A DNA stretch of 64,000 nucleotides from Bugula neritina (lineage: Eukaryota; Animalia; Bryozoa), in the NCBI GenBank assembly GCA_964035545.1, contig OZ037770.1:10746463-10810462 (forward strand). Reading direction: 5' to 3'. Positions 49,536 to 64,000 of this stretch are shown here, piece by piece. Numbering within the stretch: the stretch's first letter is position 1; every line of letters starts with the position of its first letter. The position numbers and the translations under genes are program-made. Under the pieces are notes generated by a model, which worked only from the letters and a program-made list of their open reading frames with translations, did no database searches and had not been told where the DNA came from.

Positions 49536-49785
49536 AGTAAAATGAGTGTTTATAAAACGTTACTAGAGTGCTCTATAGAAATAAATCTAGAGCGTAAACA
49601 TTAGAAGAAATAAAATGAGATTTGATTAATACAATGGCATTTATTACTAGTAGTTTTGTACACAAGAACGATGTGCACTCGTCAGATAAATTAGTGGCTA
49701 ATTTATCTGACGAGTGCACATCGTTCTTGTGTATGAAACTACTAGTAATAAATGCCATTGTATTAATCAAATCTCATTTTATTTC

Positions 49786-49792
<7 letters not shown>
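49536..49792. mobile_element. Palindromic double-hammerhead element, copy 1
   Basis: Arms 49600-49694 and 49698-49792; plus-strand HHR 49701-49753; minus-arm HHR has GAAA to AAAA; (TA)n on both sides. Confidence 0.85.
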
Positions 49793-49814
<22 letters not shown>

Positions 49815-49817
<3 letters not shown>

Positions 49818-51620
49818 CTATAAGTATGAAGGTTGTATTTGACTAAGATCTTTTATTCAGAATAAATAATATCACCTATAAACTTGTTTCGTAGCATGAA
49901 ATTACTGCCACTCCTCAGGGTGATGTATAAAATAGTGAAACAACAGAATTGGAATGTAAAAAATGTATGGATTTCAAATATATAGCTAAAGTATTAAAAG
50001 GGAAAATAGGCATTATCATAAAACAAAGCTCATGTATTAGAACCGGTTCAAGTAAAATTTAGAGCTATGCTTGCACGTTGATGTTAACTCAGATATATTA
50101 TTAAATGTGCATAGACTGGGTTTGCATATAATATTATAATATTTTTCTGAAACGCATAGCATGCAACGTTTAGAGTTGGGATTATTATAGCTGGGTGCAT
50201 GGCTAATTATCTTCCATTTGATTGTGTAGCTGGTGCCTTTGTCTTCTAGATACCATATATGCTTACTCAACTCTGTGGCATTTCTGTATCTTTTATGTTT
50301 AAAAGAGCAGGTGTGATTGTATAGGTGCTTTTCAAAGTCGGTTTCACATAGTCCGATGTGTGTGTTTGAGCTGCTTGGTGATGTTATGGTGGCCTGGTAT
50401 ATAATATTGAAGAGTAAGCACTTGCCATTTAGTGGGCAGTTTGGTTTCCTAATACAACTGCAAGTTTTCATGGTGTTACTGGTGGTTACCAGGGAGCTTG
50501 TCGTTTGGTAAGCCAATTTCTCTTTGTTCTCCCTATTAATTTTGCACATCATGTTGGGCATGCAAGAATAGCTCAGTTTAAGCGAGTTTCTATTAAATAT
50601 TTTTCTTAGAGGATGCTTTGAGTGAAACACTTTGCTTATTATGTTGAGGAGTTGCCTTCCTATGTTGGTAGCAACATGTTTACTGAAGGGTGAGTTGAAC
50701 CATATAATGTTTCTCCTTCTAAGTTTATTACAAAGTGTTTGTTGCTTCTCATATTGTAATGTGAAGTTGTACCCACTCTTATTTAGGGCGTTCTGATAGT
50801 TTTGTGCTTCACTATTGAAGCTCTCTTTATCAGATGAGAGCATGGATAGTCTTTTGTTGATGGATTTAAGGATGTTTCTAATGATAGGTGGGGGGTGGTT
50901 GCTGTTATGGTGAATGTAGATAAGAGTGTTGCCAGGTTTATTAAATGGTTTACAGGTGGCAGCAGCGAGATTGAGGGTGATATCTAAAAAGTTAATAATT
51001 TTCTTGTTGACTTCGATAGTAATTGCTGGGCCAATAGATTTAAAAGTTTTGCATATTATTTTTTTAGTATTTTCCACTTGTCTGGGTTGGTCTCTCAATA
51101 TGGCTAAACCACCGTCATGGTATAGTCCGATATTATTTTGTAGTTCATTCGTGGGTAGTAAATTGAGGATATACGCGCCTACCAACTCACATATTTCAGC
51201 CCCATCATATGAACCCATTGGGACATCAAATAATTTGTTTGGAGATTTTTTTACCCAGGATTGATTAGCATTAAAAAGTAAGAAGTTCCTAGCCTGCATG
51301 ATTATGTCAATCTCCTCTGGTGTAGTTATGGAGTGGGTAGTTGCATATTTCAAAGCATCTAGTAGAAGCTCCTGGATAATGCTAAGGTAAAATTTTATAA
51401 TGTCAAAGCTTATGAATGTATAATTTTGCTTATTTTTGATGCCGTTAAACCAGAGTAATACTTCTTGTGTGTTCTTTCATTGGTTTATTTTCGTGGGATT
51501 GAGTATTTTGGTGTTAATGGTTTCCAAAAGTTGCTTGCTTATTCTCCCCACTTCTGATTTTGCAGGGCTGGTGAGTCTATAATGCAGGTTGTTGTTGAAA
51601 TTTTCTTTATGATCTTATTA
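49815..51620 (-). mobile_element. 5'-truncated, decayed Penelope-like element (Naiad-type) with 3' HHR
   Basis: ORF 50037-51353: MGSYDGAEIC, YHDGG (mutated YRDDG), CSC..CPLNGKC, IIYQA..HIG, CMLCVSEK; RT homology continues to ~51620 with a stop. Minus strand 49871-49924: ATCACC-CTGAGGA-GTGGCA..TGCTAC-GAAA-CAAGTTTA-TA-GGTGAT. Confidence 0.9.
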
Positions 51621-52082
51621 GCCTTAAATTCTAACTATCAATTACAGGATATACAAAATAAAACTTTTTTCGTTATATATTATAATGTTTGTTATGAAAA
51701 ACCAAAAAGTTAAGATAGGGAAAGAAAAGATGCACTCATTAATTATCCTATATGTCATAGGATAATATTTTTTCAGTTGTATAATCAAATGCATACAATA
51801 GGTTTAGTTAACCACTCAATTTCAGCTACTTTTAAGAAATGAGTTCATGCTCAAAATAGTAACAGCAGTCATATTATAGCAGTATATTGAAAAAATTGTT
51901 TTACACATAAAATAAAGCTATTGAAGATTTTGCAACAACTAAATTGTTAGAATTTTAATATCTTTATATTTAGTTGAAGCAGGTCCAATGTTTAGTGCTA
52001 GTATTTTTATAATATAGCATCATAATGCGTTTTTCATCAACTTAGCTTGTAACAACTTTTTGACCACCATGCTTCTGCAAAT

Positions 52083-52968
52083 TTAACCAAATAAGCCAAC
52101 AACGCCACCTACATATTGTGCCAGGTTAGATGTAGTAGTTCTATTTGTTGAAATTCCAGTGGTGGTGGTGGTGGTAGCTGCTGCAACAGCTGTTGTGGTT
52201 ATAATATCAACAGATGACTCCAAATTCTTTTTAGTCGTGTAGGTTACAGAAGACGCACCACTGTCACATGGTTTGAGAGTTATCTCCCTTGACAGAATAC
52301 ATCTGGCTCCAGTATCTTCGTAGGTAACTGCTTGACAGTCTATGTTTAATCTCAGGCATTCTTTCACACACTTTTTCAGACTATAAACTTGTTCCACAGC
52401 CTGATCTGCTTGAGCCACACAACTGCCGTCAGGCTGTCTTACCATCAAGATGGAATTAATATCTGCCTATATAATTATTACATTGAGATTATAATTCACA
52501 ATATTGATTATTGTAATTAAGAACAATTTTCATGTTGCAAAAATTTTAAAACTTTTATTAAAATAAAAAAATTGCAGAAACATTTTTCAAAGCTTTTCAA
52601 AATATGAAATTCAAAGTTTTTGTAAGTATGTACGAGTAATATATACTATCAATACATACTAAATTAGTTTATGGTACAGTTGAAACATGCAAGATCATAC
52701 TGATAACCACTTTTAACTAGCAAAATACCAGCAGCTAATTGTCAAATGACTTTTACAAGTGACCTGTGCTTTTGTATGTAAATTTTGCTTTAATTTACTA
52801 TCTAAAAACGAGATTTTGAATCATTCATTTGGATTCAGTATAGTCATTTTACTTTCATATATTTTAAAAAATTATAAAACAGTCAATCGAACATAATAAA
52901 TATAGCAACTGCAGTTTTACATTTATAAAGAATGTCATAATTATCAACATACCTGAGTGTAGCAAACA
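52083..52968 (-). CDS. PAN/Apple paralog with Thr-rich tail
   Basis: Micro-exon ~52953-52968 (tgtttgctacactcag) and PAN exon from ~52466: ADINSILMVRQPDGSCVAQADQAVEQVYSLKKCVKEC...TTTTT. Confidence 0.75.
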
Positions 52969-53640
52969 CTGAAACAATAAAGCGTGTATAGCAAAACAAA
53001 GAACATGAATTTCTTTCTTTCTTGCATTATAAACCTAAAAATGCAGCATTAGATTTTTAACATCTATTGCTAGCAAATTTATCTAGACATGCATGTCTAC
53101 ATATGTATATTTGCCTTAATAAAAACTATTATTATTTAGGATTAATTATTAATGCTAGTAATAATGAAGTTACTGCCTTTCTGTTTACTGTGCTGAGATA
53201 ATTTTTAGATAGTTTTTAAATTGTTTCCTAGTGACTTAAAACAAAATATTTAACAAGCAAATATTTACTATGTGCTAATTATAAAGGTTTGAGTATGTTT
53301 TAATTGTTACCTAAAGATATTATATATCATACTATATTACTGTTTTGTGTATTTCTCACGAGAAAAATGTTTGCCTATTGGAAAAAATATCCTACTCATA
53401 TGAACAGAATTGTAAGTAAGACTTTGCATAGTCAACAATTTTGAAGTGTTAATAAAGTTATACAAAAGGGTTTTTAGAATTTAAATATTTTCAAATATAA
53501 TGCAATGTAATTTTTTAAAACAGTGATCCATATAGTTGATGACTGATAAACAGTTTATAATATCTATTTCCTAATTATTTTATACAAAGATCTAATAGTT
53601 ATATTTTAGTCGACATATGCTACATTTATGTTACATACAT

Positions 53641-53730
<90 letters not shown>

Positions 53731-53734
<4 letters not shown>

Positions 53735-53995
53735 AAATGAGTGTTTATAAAACGTTACTAGAGTGCTCTATAGAAATAAATCTAGAGCATAAACATTAGA
53801 AGAAATAAAATGAGATTTGATTAATATAATGGCATTTATTACTAGTAGTTTCGTACACAAGAACGATGTGCACTCGTCAGATAAATTAGCCACTATCTGA
53901 TGTGTGGCTAATTTATCTGATGAGTGCACATCGTTCTTGTGTACGAAACTACTAGTAATAAATGCCATTATATTAATCAAATCTCATTTTATTTC

Positions 53996-54002
<7 letters not shown>
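53731..54002. mobile_element. Palindromic double-hammerhead element, copy 2 (both cores intact)
   Basis: Arms 53795-53893 and 53904-54002. Plus HHR 53911-53963: ATTTAT-CTGATGA-GTGCACA tcgttct TGTGTAC-GAAA-CTACTAG-TA-ATAAAT. Minus HHR 53834-53886 with CTGACGA. Confidence 0.88.
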
Positions 54003-54048
<46 letters not shown>

Positions 54049-54052
<4 letters not shown>

Positions 54053-56290
54053 CAGGAGCAAACTGTAATACTGACCGCATCATGATGAAATCTGAAGCAA
54101 ACCTGATAGTGCACAAGGAAAATGAGAAAGAAGAGGACGGTCCGTCCAAAGCCTGATGTGACTCGACTTAAGTCAATGCAAGTACAGCAAAATCTAGAAT
54201 CAGCTCTTACCAAAAGGTTTCTCAGTCTAACTTCTAATGGTCTAGAAGGTAAATAGGAAGCATTCAAAGATGTTGTGTGCGATGCATCCATAGAACACCT
54301 AGGGACTGTCAACAACAAACATGAAGACTAGTTTGATGAGAATAATGCAGAGCGGCAGCAACTCATTTAGACCCGGAATCAAGCTAGGACCAGCATGCTA
54401 TCTAGAGACAACCAATCTATCAAAGCCAAATATAGAACAGTTAGCTGGAAGCTCACTGCAAGATGTAGAGAAGTGAAGAATTATTGGTGGCTAGCAAAAG
54501 CAGCGAAACTTCAAGTTTTAGCAGATACCAACAATATGAAAAGATTCTATTAGAGTATGAAAGCCGTCTGGGGCTCTCGTATCAGCCAACCAGACTAGTT
54601 ACGCTGCTCACAAGAAAGCAATAGCTACTGAATAGATGAACAGAGCATTTCAGCAAGCTGCTAAATGAGGTTCCAGTAATAAATCAAGATGTCATTGACA
54701 ATCTGAGACAAGCCCCTGTTTAAAACTGGATGAATAGTTGTCCAGAAATTGATAAGATTTCCACAGCTGTTGAGATGATTAATGATGATAAATAACGTGA
54801 TTATGATAGAATTCATTCTGAAGTAATTAAGAGAGGATGTCCAAAACTGCTATGTGCTCTTCATGAGATCATTCAAAAAGCCTGGAACACTGCTATAGTT
54901 CCTCAAGACTAGAAAGATGCCCAGCTTATCACCATCTTCAAGAAGGGTGACCGGCGACTATATGGTAACTATAGAGGGATGTCTCTCTTATCTATTTCTG
55001 GAAAGGTTTTTGCACGAGTTCTACTCAACCAACTTTCATCGCATGGTGAAGACTTCCTACCTGAGGCACAGTGTGTATTCTGGAGTGGAAGGGGTACAGC
55101 AGACATGATTTTCTCGTTGAAACAACTTCAGGAGAATTATGCCTTTATACATGATCTTAATTGATTTTACCAAAGCATTTGACACTCTGCGGAGGATGAT
55201 TCTGAAGCTGGAAGTTCCAGGTCACTTTATCAATCTTATTCACACCTTATGAGAACCGCGGTTAAGCTAAAGGGTGAGCTGTCAAGTCAATTTCTATTCA
55301 ACAACAGCGTCAAACAAGGGTGTGTACTGGCTCCCTCTCTATAAGCTCTTTACCTTTGCTTTGTATCATGCGTTTAATGACTACAACAACGGTGTGTGGA
55401 TTCAGAGCAGGCCTGGAGCAGATTTGTTCAATGTCAACCAGTACAAGTCTGCACCAAAAACAAAAAGAGTCCTGGTACAAGAACTTATGCTTGCTGATGA
55501 CACCGAATTTGTTGATCTTAATCATGATAATGCGCAGGAGATTGTTAGCAGATTTCCCAGATCTGCTCAGGCTTTTGGTCTTAAGATAAATAATAAGAAA
55601 ATGGAAACGTTGTATCAATCAGTCCTCGGGAATAATGTTGAGGGCCAGCCTATACATCAATAACAAACAGCTATAGCCAGTGTTCACAAATTCAAGTACC
55701 TATATATGATCTCCTGCAATGCGCAACAATAAGGTGCATGAGGAGCTCAACATTAGGATGTCAAATGCCTCAATCTCATATGGCAGGCTGAAAGAAAAAA
55801 ACTGGCACAACAAGAACCTTGCTTCAAGACAAAGTGCTCCTTGGTATAAAAAGCAATTGTTTTCTCTTCTTTTCTGTTTGGTGCAGAGGCTTGACCGGCA
55901 TACAAACTGGCGGCACATAAACTCAACACCTATAGAATGAGATACATGCGACAAATTCTCAATGTTAACTATAGTAAGGTTTACCTCAAATGCTAACATC
56001 CTTACTCAAGCAAATATAAACAGCATGTATGAACCCTTAATTCAGAGGAACTTGAGATGGGCTGGTTATATACACACAATGAATAATTCAAGGTTTTCCA
56101 AACAAATTCTGTACTTTCAGCTCAAAGAAAGTGTATGTGGTATAAGTATGACCTAGGCTGAGGTTCATGGACACGGTAAAGAGAAATTTAAATGATAGCT
56201 GGCAAACCCTCGGCAGAAACAGATGTCAATAGAGAGACATGGTTCATAAGAAGTCAACTTCGGATACGAAGGGCGGCCAATGATGATGAT
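54049..56290 (+). mobile_element. Decayed 5'-truncated RTE-clade LINE
   Basis: Interrupted RT motifs VPQD*KDA..TIFKKGDRR..GNYRGMSLLSISGKVFARVLLN, LPEAQC.F.SGRGTADMIF, VKQGCVLAP, LMLADD, LRWAG..RFSKQIL; (TGA)n tail at 56281-56290. Confidence 0.88.
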
Positions 56291-56544
56291 AATAATTTTT
56301 TCATGAAATGAGTTCATGCTTAAAACTGTGAAAAGCATACAACGTTAAACTATTTTGTATATGCATATTAATTAAAAATTTCGACTGTTTTGCAAATAAT
56401 TTATTTTTGAATACATTAAATATTATATATAAATAAAGTAAATTTATTCTTGATGTTATAGTTGTGTTATAAAACTAATGCATCTTCTTTTTAGTAGTTG
56501 AAAAAGTATATGTTAGTTCTTATTCAGTTGCTTATTTCTTATTT

Positions 56545-57547
<1,003 letters not shown>

Positions 57548-59689
57548 CTAAGCAGTATATTACCAAACTTATCAAAACAAAGCATTTGACTTTCCTTATC
57601 ACTTCCATTTCGCAAAATAACTTTAGCATCAAATTATTAACTTTTATGCTAGAGTTTTTATACTTAGATATGCATTTATCTACATTTATGACCATTAACA
57701 ACAATCAATATAAACCATTATTTATGTATATTAACAACACAAAAGTTACTGATTTATTATTCACTGTTGATAAAACGTTTATATATGTCTATGATTTAAG
57801 TTGTTTTGTAGTTTGAAACAAAGTACCTGGTATAAACATTTGTTATGTCCAAATTATAGATGTTTGAGTATTTCTTAGAAATAATCTATGGTATCGTTTT
57901 ACAGCAGTTTTTGTGTGTTTTTTAAAAAAGCTGTTTGTTTATTTGACAAGAAATAGGCCTAATTATACTCCTTATACATGCACAAATATTTATTAGTAAG
58001 ACTTGGTAAACACTTTTAAAGTTTTAGTGATAATGTTAAACATAAAGATTATTTGAATGAGCATAGATATATATAAACTATTTGAAAAATTTTAAAGTGG
58101 AATATAATCAATTAATTTATAGATAAATTCTAGGTTTATTTCAACCTGTTTAAATCAATTAAATCTGTTTGGCAAATTTTAGGTCAATATAGAATTACTT
58201 TTATCAACAACATTAAGTAAAATATGGGGCAAAACATAGAACAAATGGATTTCAGATGTTTTAGAAGCAAACTCATTCGTCATATTATTGTGATTGTATT
58301 GCTTTGTTACATTTTGTTTTCTTCTTGCATGCTACCTACAAGCATTTATATTAGGTCAGGGTGCTTCAGTAAGTCCTTAGTGGTAGGTGGAGACAATAAC
58401 TCAGACAGTTTGTGCAGTACACACACTGGCTTTACTGCTTTGATTTTTGCTTTGTTTTATATAAAGTAAAGCATCAACTCCAGAATGAAGGGCAGCATTG
58501 ACTTCTCTTTAACTTTCACATCATGCTTTAGATACGATATCAAACAAAGCATTACAATGAATTTCCTATGATTGAGATGCATAAGAGTTGTCTCCCCAAT
58601 TTTCTATTCTATATTCCGTTACCTACTTTAGATATTAACCTCAGTATAGGTAGAGCATAGGTAAGGAAAAACATATATAAAAGTCTGATAAAAGTAGTTT
58701 GAAGCTTTTTCAATTCATTTATAATTACAGAATGCAACTACATAATAATTTCATATATTACAGTTATAAGATCAGGTTCGATTTTCTTTGTGCCAACCGT
58801 ATATAAGCTGAAACCTTTTTAGAAAATACAGAGAAGCTATTTTAAATAATGCAACAAAGAATTTTTTTTTTTGGTTCTGTCATTATTAATAATGCTTGCT
58901 CAGTTATAAAATTACAAAGAAAAATTACATAAAAGTTGCAACATCTCTAATTTAAATTTTTCTTCTGTTATACAAAAATTACTAATTAGACATTATTATA
59001 TTGATTCAAATAGATGTGTTTTAAAATGTTAATAACTTTATTGGAGACATATATATCCTTTGCACATACCATATATGTAGCCAGAACAAAAAGAATTTAT
59101 TTAAATTTTGAGCATTAATTTGCAAAATATAATGTTGAGCTGATAATTTATTCTATTTTTTGAAATATCATTTTTCTGTTGCTGGTATTTGCTGGTAAAT
59201 TTCTACAAGTGTGCTGTATGATTTTCAATCTGTTTATAATCATTATGTTATATCACCAATCAGTAGAAATAAACTGTATTATGCTATTGCAATATGTAGC
59301 GTTGCTTGTTAATTAAATTTTCAAGGTTCTATTCAAGATAAGCATTCAGTATTTGTGCTATCACACACAAACATTTGTGCCATTCAGCATTCCTGCTGAC
59401 CCAGTACAGCACAAACAACTTAAGATGTTTGTGTACTGGACAAAATTTAGTATAATATATAGGAATTATTATAGTAAGTAACTTTGCATATAGTAAACAA
59501 TTTTAAACATTTTTTAAATGTCAGTAGCCTATATAAAACGTCTGAATTAATAAACATGTAATATAGCTTAGGCTATGTTGAAATATAATATATAAGCCTA
59601 AATAAGTTACTGATTAATTTTAGGTTGAATTTAATTTGTTTTAGAATAATTATGAATATAGAGTAAAAAATCACATTTTCACAATTCAC

Positions 59690-60140
59690 ATGCCTTTCAC
59701 ATATTCTTCACATATTCTTCACATGTTCTTCACATATTCTTCACATGTTCTTCACATATTCTTCACATGTTCTTCACCTGATCTTCACATGTTCTTCACA
59801 TTATTTTCACACATTTTTCACATGTTCTTTACATGTTCTTCACATGTTCTTCACATGTTCTTCACATGTATTTCACATATTCTTCACATGTTTTTCACAT
59901 ATTCTTCACATATTCTTCACATACTCTTCACATATTCTTCACATATTCTTCACATATTCTTCACATATTTTTCACATATTCTTCACATATTCTTCACATA
60001 TTTTTCACGTATTCTTCACATATTCTTCGCATATTCTTCACATATTTTTCACATATTCTTCACATATTTTTCACATATTCTTTACATATTCTTCACATAT
60101 TCTTTACATGTTCACATAATCAAATATTTACATATTCACA
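59690..60140. repeat. 11-bp minisatellite (TTCACATATTC)n
   Basis: Direct reading, roughly 40 units with variants. Confidence 0.95.
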
Positions 60141-60541
60141 TATAGTCATTTGTATTCACACATTTACACAACTTATACTCAGCAATTACAGTATTTACAA
60201 ACCTGTGCAGGCACATAATGTAAGCAGACTCTATCTAAACTATAACTGCAATCAGGAACTATATTGCTGATATCTGTTCCTAAAACTATATATGTTATAC
60301 ACATATATTATGTGATGATTCACAATATTTACTTTTTCAGACAAGCCCTGTTTAAAATATAAAGTCTCCTTGAATAACCATCACTGTGATGTAATTAGCA
60401 GCACTGTAGTTTATCCTATGGATGATTTTTGCATGACTGTGATAACTGTATATGTATCAGGTAGTAGTAACCTATCCTTCAGTTGAACAAATATTTTATA
60501 GCCTTAGATTTAAGGTGTGGCATTGATATGATATAATATGA

Positions 60542-60880
60542 GGGGAGCAGCCGTGGTCTAGAGATTAGAGCATTTGCTTAGTTTAAGCACAAAGTCATGG
60601 GTTCGAACCCAAGAAAGGCGATTGGTTATGTTAGGAAGAGTATCCAGCCATAATTGCTCCTGTGCCCCATCTGAATAAGTTTATTGCCCAATTTAACAAA
60701 AAGGCCTTCTATCAGGGTTTTTCAAAGAGATGGTGACTATAAACCTGTGTGAGTTTTATTATAATATGATACAAATTGGAAGGGAGAAGCTGTGGTCTTG
60801 TGATTAGAGCACTGCCTTCGCAAACAAAATGGCGACGATTTGAATATTATTAAAAACTATTGATGATGTTAGAAAGAACA
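60542..60880 (+). mobile_element. tRNA-derived SINE plus adjacent degenerate head
   Basis: ggggagcagccgtggtctagag...gggttcgaaccc...gttaggaagagtatccagcc (60542-60757); second decayed head from 60781. Confidence 0.8.
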
Positions 60881-62217
60881 TATTTTAGTCAGCTAATTTT
60901 ATGACAGTTATAAATCTAGTTACCGATATAATGATGTCACTATACAATATATTATTGTAAAGACATTAATATTATGATGCATAAATTTTCCTGTTTTGTA
61001 ACACGTTCTGTATATTTTGCAATAGTAATCAGCATCTATTGGATGAATTTTCTCCATCTGACAAAGTAATCTAAAAAATAGCTGTATACTGCAGCAAGTC
61101 CAACCAATAGCTACGAGTAAAGTAACTGTGATATAAATGCACCATCCTTTGACCATATCAACCACAATGTATGCAGAGACTAGCCAACAAAGTTGTTCTG
61201 TAGGCCCCTATAGGTATATACATTTTGGTAGTGGGAAAGGCTCCAATATAGTAATTCATCTTTTTCAGTTATTAAAGCTAGAAATAAGGTAAGTAGTAAC
61301 TACATTAAACCAAAGTTGGTATGTACTTCCTTTTTTGTAACTAATTCTGTATAATTATAGGTGGAAAAGCTACAAGATTCGAAACCATAGATATAATATA
61401 TATAATATTAAGATATATACTTGTTTTAGTTCAATTGAAGTTTAAGTTTTTGGGGTCAATATTTCAATACAATATTCACTAACTAAATTAAACATTTTAT
61501 ATTATTTAATTATCTATGCCATCAATCGAGAAACATTTACTGATAATTTCAGTTTTTAATCCATGTTTTAATATCATAAAATTAAATTTCTAAGTCATGT
61601 GCATAATTATAATCATGCGTGTAAGTTCTGTCATGCCTGAATTCTTCAATATGTTGCATTTATAATTTTTTTAAAACTAAAAGCCTCTGTTAGAATTAAA
61701 TTAAAATTAAAATCAATTTTGCTAGTTTATAGTTTCAGGGCATAAACTATATTAATAAAGGACATCCTTAAATTTTTTCAACAATTAAAACAGTTTATTG
61801 CTTGTAACACAATGCATGTGAGCATGAAAATCATTTCAACTTCTGGCTTAATTTGCAAATATTTATTACAGTAAGCTAAAAAATACCTTTTTTTAGTTTT
61901 TACTTTCAAGTTCTGCATGTAATTTACAACGGCGCAATGAAATTTTTTGTAAAGTAAAATTTTACAGTATCATATAATTAATATATAAGATTACTTTTTT
62001 ATATGTTATACTTATAATAGTTTAAGCCAATATAGTATACATTTAAATACAAATTGAGAACTAGTTGACAATTTTTTTTATAAAAATTGCATACTTCAAT
62101 TAATGATAGAGTTTATGCTTTGCAGTTTTTCAATAATTTTATCGTTTATTTAATCTATTTGTTTTTCTTATTAGTGATATTTAGCATATTTGCTTTTTTA
62201 AGAATCAAACAATAGAA

Positions 62218-64000
62218 ATGAGCCTCTCGTCTCACCATGAAGAATGCGGAACAGAAATGCAGATGATCTCTTACAATCTTTTGTGGGCTTCCTCGTCACC
62301 CCTTTCTCAGTCTAGAGATTTTACTAACCAGAGACTAGATGGAAAAATAAAAAGAATTAAAAAGTATCCCAGTCAAACCGACCTTAATGAAGTCATGAGG
62401 TAAGATTATTTAAAAAAACCTTTGTTTTTTCAATGCTTTGTTTTAAATTTATACGGTATTACAAATATTACAAATAAATGCATGAAGTACAATTGTACAT
62501 AACATTTTTAGCGATAAAGTGCTGCAATGATTTCTTTGGTGCCTATTTTATTTGAATTCACCAATTTATTTTTTTGATCATATACAATTACAGATCATAA
62601 GATACAATGACTATAAATTTGAAAATTGGTGATATTTTATTTTATTGAAACATGTTTATTACAACGTCTGCTTAACATCTGCTTTTATTTTTAGTCAGAA
62701 AAGCTATTTAGTTGAAATTGAGTCCTTTTTATAAAAGGACATATGCACACACTTTGAATCTCTTATCAACAATATGGCAATTACCAGCCAGTATGCCTAA
62801 AACCGGTGACTTTCATTCTAAAATGTAAATTATTTAGGATATTCTTTTCTGATTGTATAACTAGATGAAATTTTTGGTATATACATTGATTATACTTTTG
62901 CCAGGTTATCTTTCACACAAATTATGTGTGGTGTGGTTGCAATTTTCGCGACTGCAATTTCACTGTGTTGTTTTGGCACGCTGTCCGCAATGCAGAGTGA
63001 GTATTTATTGCACTTGACACTCCTGGACAACATTTACAGTCATGGAACAGGATTTTTAGCTGGTTTCCTTGTAAGTTAGCTATATGTTTCATTACTTTAT
63101 TGCAAAATATCAGGAAAAAATGTTCGAATATACTTTATACATATGCAGGTAAAATAGAGCAAACAGTGTATATTCAATTAGTACTAACTTGTGGGGAAAT
63201 CATTTTCATTCAGGTAGATTCTTATTGGAAAGGAGTGTCAGATTGTTACTAGTGCTTATTTCGAGCTGTTTAGGCAAGCTTAAACGTGTACGATGGCAAA
63301 CAGCCTATGCAAAACCTATTTATGGTGTATTTTTGTAACTTCCTTGTGAATCATGCTGCTATTGCGTCAGATATGTTTGGAGATCAGCGTCTAGTAAACA
63401 AAAAGTAATTACAGTATATATACACCTAAAAAACATCATAGTATTATTATAATAACATCGTCATAATAGTGTGATAATATAATGTTTTGCTACCATATAT
63501 TATATTGTATATATTTGTAGAACTTTATAGTAAAATAAAAAGTGTAGTCATGCAAGCTGATCAAAGCTAAAACTGAAGCTGTATAATATTATAATAGTCG
63601 CAAAGTTTAACCTAAACAGATAGCTAAATAAATGTATAAGAAAATAATTGCAAATATTCCAAAAGTTTTAATTATTCTCTCATGTATAGAACAATTGCTT
63701 TACAAAAGTATAGATAAAAACTCCAAAACGTTATAATAATATTTATACCATCAAACAAGCTTGCTCGAAACTAAGACATGAGTTTATTTATTCAAAGCTA
63801 CTTTTTATTCTGTAAATTAATTAGGTTAATTGGAATTAATAAAAACATATAAATTAAGTTTACTTCAAAACTTGAAACTTTGAAAAAAATTTTGGTTGTA
63901 CACATTACCAAACAACACAGTACACTAGACCTTATGTTATTTATGTTTTCAGACTGTCGCTGCTGGAGCTGCTGGAATTTTGTCAGTTTTCAAAAACCAG
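62218..64000 (+). CDS. CD20/MS4A-like protein, paralog 3 (runs off the window)
   Basis: Exons 62218-62399, 62905-63070 (LSFTQIMCGVVAIF...HGTGFLAGFL), 63953- (TVAAGAAGILS); same intron phases as paralogs 1 and 2. Confidence 0.75.

Noticed and set aside
60920-61165. Hydrophobic 81-aa ORF
   Set aside because: No recognisable motif or splice context.

Overview
AT-rich eukaryotic (invertebrate-like; taxon is inference only) genomic DNA with spliced genes, many microsatellites and dense mobile DNA. Host genes: a PAN/Apple + Thr-rich linker + galactose-binding-like gene (+, 0.9-4.0 kb); a PAN + F-type lectin gene with an in-frame stop (-, 6.5-9.7 kb); three shorter PAN paralogs (-, 46-57.5 kb); three CD20/MS4A-like tetraspan genes (12.5-20.3 kb +, 21.6-28.1 kb -, 62.2 kb to window end +); and a TM-anchored protein with tandem TQT-like (LC8) motifs and a C-terminal SxIP motif (36-39.4 kb). 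Mobile DNA: a very young Gmr1-type Gypsy LTR element that has lost its RT, three Penelope-like (Naiad-type) elements, a decayed RTE LINE, tRNA-head SINEs and hAT/other MITEs. The most striking signal is about 16 hammerhead-ribozyme (HHR) motifs from six sequence families, all in elements that abut (TA)n tracts: 271-272 bp tandem retrozyme-like repeats, PLE pLTR hammerheads, solo mini-HHR fragments, and two ~260 bp palindromic elements that encode a hammerhead on each strand. All coordinates and alignments were read by eye.
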